A stretch of 64,000 nucleotides of DNA from assembly GCA_965219995.1 (NCBI GenBank), contig CBDCOX010000002.1:2112001-2176000 (forward strand), read 5' to 3'. A model generated the notes under the pieces. It was not told the DNA's origin. It worked only from the letters and a program-made list of their open reading frames with translations, and made no database searches. Position numbers and translations under genes: made by a program. Each line of letters opens with the position of its first letter. The stretch's first letter is position 1. The stretch comes from Candidatus Latescibacterota bacterium. Its GTDB lineage: Bacteria > Latescibacterota > UBA2968 > GCA-2709665. Shown piece after piece: positions 57,509-64,000 of the stretch.

Positions 57509-59917
57509 ATGCGAACTGCCGGACCCGTACCGAGGTCTCTCTCCATCGTGTGCTTTATTGTTCTGTTGGCGCCGTCGTACGTTTTCTCTCTGCCGCCGTC
57601 AACCGCGGACTCCCTCTACGCTCAGGGTCAAACGGCACAACGGCTGGACGACGTGCGCGAAATCGTCTCCCGGCTCAACGCCGCCCTCCCCGAAACCGAC
57701 CATCCGGCGGGATTGCTGGTTCGTATCGGCAACCTGTACGTGCGGCTTCAGGAGGCGGACAGCGCGAACGTCGCCTTCAATGCCGCCGTTGACCGTGACT
57801 CCACGCTGGCGGGAGCCTTTCTCGGCCTGGGCGAGGTCCTGCTGGAGCTCCGGAACAGGCCCCGGTCCGCGCTAGTACCGCTCCAGAGGGCCGTCGACCT
57901 GGATTCCACGTACGCGGAAGCCCATTTCATGATGGCCCGCGCGTATCTGCGTTCCAGAAAAACCACGGCCGCAAGGCGCGCGGCGGACAGGAGCATCCAG
58001 GTGGATCCGAAGTTCGCGGCGCCCTACCTGTTTCTGGCAAAGCTCTACCAGCGGGAGAACAACAACCGGGCAGCCCATACGTTTTACAAGCAGTATCTCG
58101 AACAGCGCCCGAACGACCAGACCGCAGCCTACGAATTCGCCGTAGAACTGCTCAAGCAGAAAGAACTCGACAGGGCGAGGGAAATCGCCGAGCGCCTGGG
58201 CGGGTTGCGCGGCTTGCCGATTGTCGCCCAGGCACGGATGGCCGATCGGGACTACGAAGGTGCGCTCGCGGCTTTCTCGCAGTACATCGACGGCCTCGTT
58301 CCGGAGGAACAGGCCCTCTTCGAAGACATCTCGCTGGTGGGCCTCCCCCGCGAAGTGAAGGCATTTCGAACGACGACGCCGGAGACCCGCGAGGCGTTCC
58401 TCCGAAACTTCTGGCTCAGAAAAGACCCCTTCAAATCTTCTGCCGGCGCCATGCGGCGAGCCGAGCATTACCGCCGGGTGTGGTACTCGCGTACCTTCTT
58501 CGGAAGGAAGAAATTCCCGTATGACAGGAGGGGCCAGATCTATATTCGATACGGTGAGCCGGACTTCCGTTCCAGCTGGCGCGAACTCAATGCCCAGATG
58601 CCGCTTAACGTCCAGCGGGTGCAGGAGCGGATGGCCCATCAGCTGTACGGCAACAAGGCCCTGGCCCTGACGTTCGTGGGGCCGGTCTATCCGATTCGCT
58701 CCGCCCAGGCCGCGGAAAACACCTGGCGCAACTCAGAGGTGCGGGCAGCCTCGCAACCCATTCAGACCATAGACGAAGCCGCTGTCGGCCTGGAACGCTA
58801 CAAGCCCATAACCTCCAGCGGCGACTGGTCCGCCGTTCCCTGGGCGGTCTGGATCTACGCCGATATCGACGGCGGCGTGGAAATCGCCTTCACCGACGAG
58901 TTCAATACGGGAAACTTCGACTACGCGCCGGAACCGGTCCTCGGCCCGGAAGATATCAATGAATATAACATGCAGAGCCGCGGCGGCCCGTTCCGCAACA
59001 TGATCAACCGGCTGAACACGCTGTCGCCCGCGGCCCGGATGACCAGGGTCGCGAGCAAGGAACCCGAACGATTCGCCTTCGAAGCGCTGGAACCCCTGGA
59101 CTTCTATTACGAGGCCCTGTCCTTCAGAGGGCTGGACGGCAAGACCGAACTTCAACTCAACCTGGGACTGCCCATTGACAATGTCGCCCGGCCCGAAGAC
59201 ATCGACACGACCGTCGTCGTCAATCGCCGCATCGCGCTCATCGACAGCCGCCGCGCACGACTCCACAAACGGAAAGACGACCTCGCCGTACCGGTTACGG
59301 ACGCAAACCTGGGTCGGAGCCTGCTGGCGCTGGACCGCATTGACATGGCTGCCGCACCCGGCATGTACCAGCTTGCAGTGGAGGCATGGCGAAAAAACAC
59401 GGACATGCTCCAGGTATACCAGCAGACTCTGGATCTGCCCGATTACAGCGGCGACGAACTCATGATGAGCGATATACAGATCGCGCAGAGCGTGCGGGAA
59501 GCCACTGACGGGGCCGATGCCAAATTCGTACGTCAGGGTTGGAACATACTTCCCGCGCCGTCCCGCACCTTCTACATAGGAAACTCCGTTTTTGTCTATT
59601 TCGAAGTCTATAATCTGGAAAAAGACGACTTCGGAAACACCCGCTACGAAGTGACCTTCGAGGTTATCTCCAAGTCAACGAGCAGCACATCGCCCAGAAC
59701 CTTCCTTCCCAGAATCCGCAAGGACGGCGAAGCCATTGAAGTACGATACGAGCAGGTCGGTACGGCTGTCTGGGTCTCGGATTTTGTGGAACTGGATCTG
59801 GGACAGGCGGATCGGGGTCGTTATTCGCTCCACATGACGGTCAAGGACCTGAATGCCGACCGTACCATCAAACGCGACAGTCTCTTTCGGATTGCATCGC
59901 CCCCGCGCCGGCGATAA
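57509..59917 (+). CDS. Exported TPR + GWxTD-like domain protein
   Basis: Signal peptide, N-terminal TPR-like repeats, FWLRKDP...EHYRRVWYSRTFF...DRRGQIYIRYGEPD, later YFEVYNL. Confidence 0.8.
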   Translation: MRTAGPVPRSLSIVCFIVLLAPSYVFSLPPSTADSLYAQGQTAQRLDDVREIVSRLNAALPETDHPAGLLVRIGNLYVRLQEADSANVAFNAAVDRDSTLAGAFLGLGEVLLELRNRPRSALVPLQRAVDLDSTYAEAHFMMARAYLRSRKTTAARRAADRSIQVDPKFAAPYLFLAKLYQRENNNRAAHTFYKQYLEQRPNDQTAAYEFAVELLKQKELDRAREIAERLGGLRGLPIVAQARMADRDYEGALAAFSQYIDGLVPEEQALFEDISLVGLPREVKAFRTTTPETREAFLRNFWLRKDPFKSSAGAMRRAEHYRRVWYSRTFFGRKKFPYDRRGQIYIRYGEPDFRSSWRELNAQMPLNVQRVQERMAHQLYGNKALALTFVGPVYPIRSAQAAENTWRNSEVRAASQPIQTIDEAAVGLERYKPITSSGDWSAVPWAVWIYADIDGGVEIAFTDEFNTGNFDYAPEPVLGPEDINEYNMQSRGGPFRNMINRLNTLSPAARMTRVASKEPERFAFEALEPLDFYYEALSFRGLDGKTELQLNLGLPIDNVARPEDIDTTVVVNRRIALIDSRRARLHKRKDDLAVPVTDANLGRSLLALDRIDMAAAPGMYQLAVEAWRKNTDMLQVYQQTLDLPDYSGDELMMSDIQIAQSVREATDGADAKFVRQGWNILPAPSRTFYIGNSVFVYFEVYNLEKDDFGNTRYEVTFEVISKSTSSTSPRTFLPRIRKDGEAIEVRYEQVGTAVWVSDFVELDLGQADRGRYSLHMTVKDLNADRTIKRDSLFRIASPPRRR

Positions 59918-59947
59918 TGGCGCCGGCAGCATCGACGATCCGGCCGA

Positions 59948-60496
59948 TCAGCCCACCCGCATCACCAGGGTGTCGGCCACACGATCGTGCAGCGCCTGCC
60001 GGTCCGGATGACGGCGCGTGATCCAGACAAGAACGAAACCCAGCAGCCAGCCCGAATAAAAGACGATCGACCAGGCATGGAGGCTTCCGGCATCCAAATC
60101 CGGCGGCGGCGTCAGGACGCGCCCCGCGCCCAGAGCCACCTGATGTGGATCCACGTACGGGTTCAGCGCGGAAAGGGCAATGACAAACCCGAAGACCGGC
60201 GTCCACTTCAGCGCGGAACGAACCAATGCCCTTGCGCGCCCTATCGCGCCGCCGTCCGCGGAGATGACTTTCAGGCTCATCATAATCTTGCCCGGCGTCT
60301 GTCCCCTGCGTGCCAGAAACACGGTACAGTAGACCAGCGTTATCCCATATTCCAGAACAAGCGCCGCAATGGGCGAGGGCGTGATTTCTCTCAATGCGCG
60401 GGAGAGCGGCAGATCCAGCAGCTTCAGCATCAGCACGTCGATCACCAACGCCAGAAACCGCTTCCCCAGCCCGGCCATCTCATCCTGCATCAGCAT
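59948..60496 (-). CDS. RDD family membrane protein
   Basis: AGLGKRFLALVID, GQTPGK, QALHDRVADTLV. Confidence 0.9.
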   Translation of the reverse strand: MLMQDEMAGLGKRFLALVIDVLMLKLLDLPLSRALREITPSPIAALVLEYGITLVYCTVFLARRGQTPGKIMMSLKVISADGGAIGRARALVRSALKWTPVFGFVIALSALNPYVDPHQVALGAGRVLTPPPDLDAGSLHAWSIVFYSGWLLGFVLVWITRRHPDRQALHDRVADTLVMRVG

Positions 60497-60552
60497 CGTC
60501 TCGAGCCCCTGCTTCTGAGCACAAATAAGATCCGTATGAAGGGATATGAAAC

Positions 60553-61590
60553 GTGCGACTTCTGCAATTTTCCGACCCGTCCGCCCCGAGTCCTTCGCGT
60601 CTCGGGCTCGTTGAGGATGACCTGGTCCTGGACCTCACGGCGTGCGAGCCGTACCCCGCCTCGGTCTACGACCTTTACTATGCGCATGGAGGTGAAGCCC
60701 GGGGGTTGGACAGGGTGGTCGCGGACATCGACACCGCGAACGCCCGTATCCGCAGCCTGGCGGAACTGATGAACAACGATCCGCACGGCGGACGGCCGCA
60801 CCTGATCTCTCCGGTCACGCCGCCGCCCGGCCGACCCCACAGGTTGCGTGTCTGGCTGGCAGGCGTCACCCACGCCGACAGCGCCAGGCTTCGGGAGACG
60901 GAAGCGAAAGAGGCCACGGGCGGCGCCGTAAACGTCTACGACCAGAAATACCGTGAATGCGCGGGCGGCGGTATACCTGAACTCTTCGCGAAGACCGGTG
61001 CGGATGTGCTGGCCGGACATCGCGGGCGCATCGCCCGGCCCGACGACACCCGGCGCCTCGTGCCGGAAACCGAACTGGTCACCCTGTACGGGCTGGACTC
61101 GCGTGGACAGATCGAGCGTCTGGGCTATACCGGCGGCAACGACTACACCGACAACGGGATTGAAGCCGAAAACCCGCTGAATCTTCCCCAGGCCAAGAAC
61201 TGGGCCGGCGGTTGCGCGAGCCTGGGGCCGGTTCTGGTCACGGATTCCGAGTTCGACGACGCCGGCGTCGCTGTCTCATGCGAAATCCTGAGAGACAATG
61301 TTCGTATCGCCCGCAAGACCGGACATACCGGACAGAGCCACCTCAATATGCCCGACCGCCTGTTCCACCTGGAGAGTTCTCTTTTCAGCCGTCTTCCCCT
61401 GCAGGAGAAGACGCTGCAGTTGCTGTACTGGGGCACGCCCATCGTCTTTTCGGAAAGAGACCTGGCCAACGGCCTTCAGGTTGACGACATCGTCCTGATG
61501 TCCTTCGGCGGGATCGGCTTCCTGCAGAACACGATTGCGCCGTTTCCCGACAGCCGCCAACTGGAGCGGCTGGAAGCCGGTAGGCGCTAG
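60553..61590 (+). CDS. Fumarylacetoacetate-hydrolase-family protein (sugar-acid dehydratase-like)
   Basis: VWLAGVT...SA, PELFAK, VPETEL, GYTGGND, IEAENPLNLPQAK, SLGP. Confidence 0.75.
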   Translation: MRLLQFSDPSAPSPSRLGLVEDDLVLDLTACEPYPASVYDLYYAHGGEARGLDRVVADIDTANARIRSLAELMNNDPHGGRPHLISPVTPPPGRPHRLRVWLAGVTHADSARLRETEAKEATGGAVNVYDQKYRECAGGGIPELFAKTGADVLAGHRGRIARPDDTRRLVPETELVTLYGLDSRGQIERLGYTGGNDYTDNGIEAENPLNLPQAKNWAGGCASLGPVLVTDSEFDDAGVAVSCEILRDNVRIARKTGHTGQSHLNMPDRLFHLESSLFSRLPLQEKTLQLLYWGTPIVFSERDLANGLQVDDIVLMSFGGIGFLQNTIAPFPDSRQLERLEAGRR

Positions 61591-61604
61591 GCGGCGAATT
61601 CGCG

Positions 61605-61916
61605 CTACAGCACCCGGTCGTGACCCCACGGGTCCTGTTTGACAATCTCGAATTCCTTTACCGGACTGCGGCCGCGCGGCGGGTCGTGCAACGTTGAAGG
61701 ATTGAAGGAGGCCCCGGCCAGCTTCAGCAGCGATTCCAGTTGGGGTTGACCCAGCGTGAGTCCTTCAAGGAACATCTCGTCGCCGTTGATATCCTTCACG
61801 GTTGTTCCGTCCTGCCCCACAAACACCCGGCGCAACGCCCGCAAGTTCGCACGGTGTTCGCGAAAATACGTCAGCGCGCGGGCGGGATCTCCGCCGTCGT
61901 ACCTGAGGTCGGGCAT
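61605..61916 (-). CDS. Hypothetical protein
   Basis: GGAGG RBS; 103 aa filling the gap; no recognised motif. Confidence 0.6.
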   Translation of the reverse strand: MPDLRYDGGDPARALTYFREHRANLRALRRVFVGQDGTTVKDINGDEMFLEGLTLGQPQLESLLKLAGASFNPSTLHDPPRGRSPVKEFEIVKQDPWGHDRVL

Positions 61917-62084
61917 CGTTTGCCTCCGCGTTTCATTCGTGCGCATGGATCCTGAAGGAGAGACTGTAGATCAGACTGAAATATGGAAAAGCCCCCGAAA
62001 TCGGGCAAGCGGATTCCACGACCGTCCGCGGCAATTCACCTCCCGCCATTGGAGTCCTTCAAACGGAAGAGGTCAAAACAGCGC

Positions 62085-62113
62085 TTGCAGACAAGGTGCA
62101 ATTGAGTTATATT
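62085..62113 (+). promoter_or_regulatory. Candidate promoter of the PFOR gene
   Basis: TTGCAG-17-TATATT followed by a very AT-rich tract. Confidence 0.4.
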
Positions 62114-62251
62114 AAGCCATCCTATTTCTTATAATTTAGTTTGTCTTATTGTTCATATTATCGAAAATGCAATGATTCCGGTCGTAAACCGGACCGGCAG
62201 TCGGACGTCAGAGTACAAGACGTCGAGTGCCCGTTGAAGAGGAGAACCGCC

Positions 62252-64000
62252 ATGGCGGAAAGCGCCAGAATACAGATTGACGGACGGCCGGGTGAATTTC
62301 CGTTTCCGGGCATTCCCGACGTGGGTGACGGCGGCGATGCCGCAGTCTGGGTGGAAAAACACATCAGCCAGGCCGCCTGCGCCTACCCCATCACATCTTC
62401 CTCCATTCTGGGTGAGAAATACAGCGCGGTCGTATCCAACGGCGGAGTCAACCTCTGGGGCGACACCCTGATCTTCATAGAGCCGGAGTCCGAACACAGT
62501 TCGGCTTCAGCCGCCGAGGGATTCGCGGTGGCCGGCGGCCGGGTCACGAACTTCACGTCCGGCCAGGGCCTGGTTCTTATGAAAGAGGTGCTCTACACGA
62601 TCTCGGGCAAACGCCTTCCCGCCGTCTTCCATATCGGCGCGCGCGCGCTTACCTCGCAATCCCTCAACGTCCACGCCGGCCACGACGACATCATGGCCGT
62701 GGCCGACTGCGGCTGGGGTATCGTGTTTGCCCGGAACACTCAGGAAGTCATGGACACAACGCTCATCGCGCGGCGCGCGGCGGAAGCCTCGCAGACGCCG
62801 TTCATGGTTGTGCAGGACGGATTCCTCACAACCCATACGGTCCAGAACGTCGTGGCCATCGAGCCCGAACTGATGAAGCTCTTCGTCGGACGCCCGGAAG
62901 ACAAGATTCAGAATCTCATGGACGTCGACAATCCGATGATGAGCGGCGTGGTACAGAACCAGGACAGTTACATGAAGGGCAAGATCGCCCAGCGGTACTT
63001 CTACGATCGCGTGCCCGACGACCTGCGGGAAGCCATGCATGAATTCTACAGGATGACCGGAAGACGTTACGACATGATCGACGGATACCGGCTCGAAGAT
63101 GCCGAATACGTCATCGTGGGCATGGGCAGTATGCTCGAAACCGCCCTCACGGCCGTCGACTGGCTGCGGGATACCGAGGACCTGAAAGTGGGCGCCCTTC
63201 ACGTCACGTCGTTCCGCCCGTTCCCGGGCGTGGAGATTGTGGAAGCCCTGAAGAACGCGAAGGCCATATCGGTTGTGGAACGCATGGACAACCCCCTCGC
63301 GCAGTCCAATCCGCTGACCGCCGAAATCAAGGCCGCCTTCGCCGACGCCGCGGGAGGCATGAACGGGTATCCTCGAATCGACCGCATTCCCCGGATTCTG
63401 TCGGGAATGGCCGGCCTGGGAAGCCGCGACGTCCGGCCGGGCGATTTCATTTCCACGGTCAGAAATATGCAGGCGGCCGCACCCGGACAAAAGGAACTGT
63501 TCGTTCTCAATATCGAACACGATCTGGCACTCCAGAGGGAGGCCGATCCCGCCACCCGGGAAATCGGCGCCTTTGCGATGCGCGGGCACTCGGTGGGCGG
63601 GTACGGGTCCGTGACCACCAATAAAGTCATTGCCACGCTGCTTGCCAACCTGGGGCTTCACGTGCAGGCCTATCCGAAATACGGATCCGAAAAGAAGGGT
63701 CTGCCCACCACCTACTATCTCACCGCGGCCAACGAACACATCCGGACCCACTCCGAACTGGAAGTGGTGGACTTCGTGCCGCTCAACGACGTCAACGCCT
63801 TCAATACCGCCAATCCCCTGGCCGGCGTTGTCGACGGCGGTATGGTCTTCATCCAGAGCCCCCACACCGAAGCCGAAAGGGTATGGGACAATATACCGGG
63901 ATGGGCCAAGAAGACGTTCCGCACCAAACAGATCAAACCCCTGGCCCTCGACGCCGTTAAAATCGCCCTGGAAGAAGCGCCCTCGCCGGACCTGATGCAG
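62252..64000 (+). CDS. Pyruvate:ferredoxin (flavodoxin) oxidoreductase, 3'-truncated by the window
   Basis: GAGGAG RBS; AYPITS, ESEHS, FTSGQGL, ARAL...HAGHDD, QDGFLTTH, HSVGGYGSVT, KYGSEKKG; absent from the ORF track because it has no stop in the window. Confidence 0.93.
   Translation, partial: MAESARIQIDGRPGEFPFPGIPDVGDGGDAAVWVEKHISQAACAYPITSSSILGEKYSAVVSNGGVNLWGDTLIFIEPESEHSSASAAEGFAVAGGRVTNFTSGQGLVLMKEVLYTISGKRLPAVFHIGARALTSQSLNVHAGHDDIMAVADCGWGIVFARNTQEVMDTTLIARRAAEASQTPFMVVQDGFLTTHTVQNVVAIEPELMKLFVGRPEDKIQNLMDVDNPMMSGVVQNQDSYMKGKIAQRYFYDRVPDDLREAMHEFYRMTGRRYDMIDGYRLEDAEYVIVGMGSMLETALTAVDWLRDTEDLKVGALHVTSFRPFPGVEIVEALKNAKAISVVERMDNPLAQSNPLTAEIKAAFADAAGGMNGYPRIDRIPRILSGMAGLGSRDVRPGDFISTVRNMQAAAPGQKELFVLNIEHDLALQREADPATREIGAFAMRGHSVGGYGSVTTNKVIATLLANLGLHVQAYPKYGSEKKGLPTTYYLTAANEHIRTHSELEVVDFVPLNDVNAFNTANPLAGVVDGGMVFIQSPHTEAERVWDNIPGWAKKTFRTKQIKPLALDAVKIALEEAPSPDLMQ

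Noticed and set aside
62148-62170. Rex-type operator upstream of PFOR
   Set aside because: Only a weak match to TTGTGAA-N4-TTCACAA inside an AT-rich tract
62507-63865. 452-aa minus-strand ORF
   Set aside because: Shadow of the real plus-strand PFOR gene

Overview
GC-rich bacterial chromosomal window with about 51 CDS (two cut by the window edges) and one tRNA-Pro(TGG). I saw no CRISPR array, rRNA, prophage or transposase. Core genes: pdxJ, glutamine synthetase III, topA-xerC, PTS IIA, a ClC-CBS protein and a 3'-truncated pyruvate:ferredoxin oxidoreductase. These are mixed with catabolic paralog families (2 sulfatases, 2 PhyH-like dioxygenases, 2 tandem M19 dipeptidases, 2 MFS transporters, AKR, Gfo/Idh/MocA, ceramidase-like, Asp-box propeller), a TolC-MFP-CzcA efflux operon and two toxin-antitoxin-like pairs. 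Two proteins end in the same dockerin-like EF-hand tail. These tails, a TPR/GWxTD-type protein and the paralog expansions suggest a Latescibacterota-like host (inference). Main observations: (1) a tandem-domain rhodanese whose catalytic Cys codon is an in-frame TGA (C-Y-U-QGGYRS), so a probable selenoprotein that the ORF track truncates; (2) a P450 + GH3 acyl-amido synthetase + enolase-superfamily cassette with altered catalytic residues, flanked by 7-mer and 9-mer repeat arrays; (3) PhyH enzymes with HGG/HGT in place of HxD; (4) a cohesin/dockerin-like set including a dockerin-tailed metalloprotease; (5) candidate structured RNAs upstream of the efflux operon and of GS III; (6) a zeta-like P-loop gene broken by an amber codon at codon 5. 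All calls come from reading motifs by eye; no searches or folding were run.
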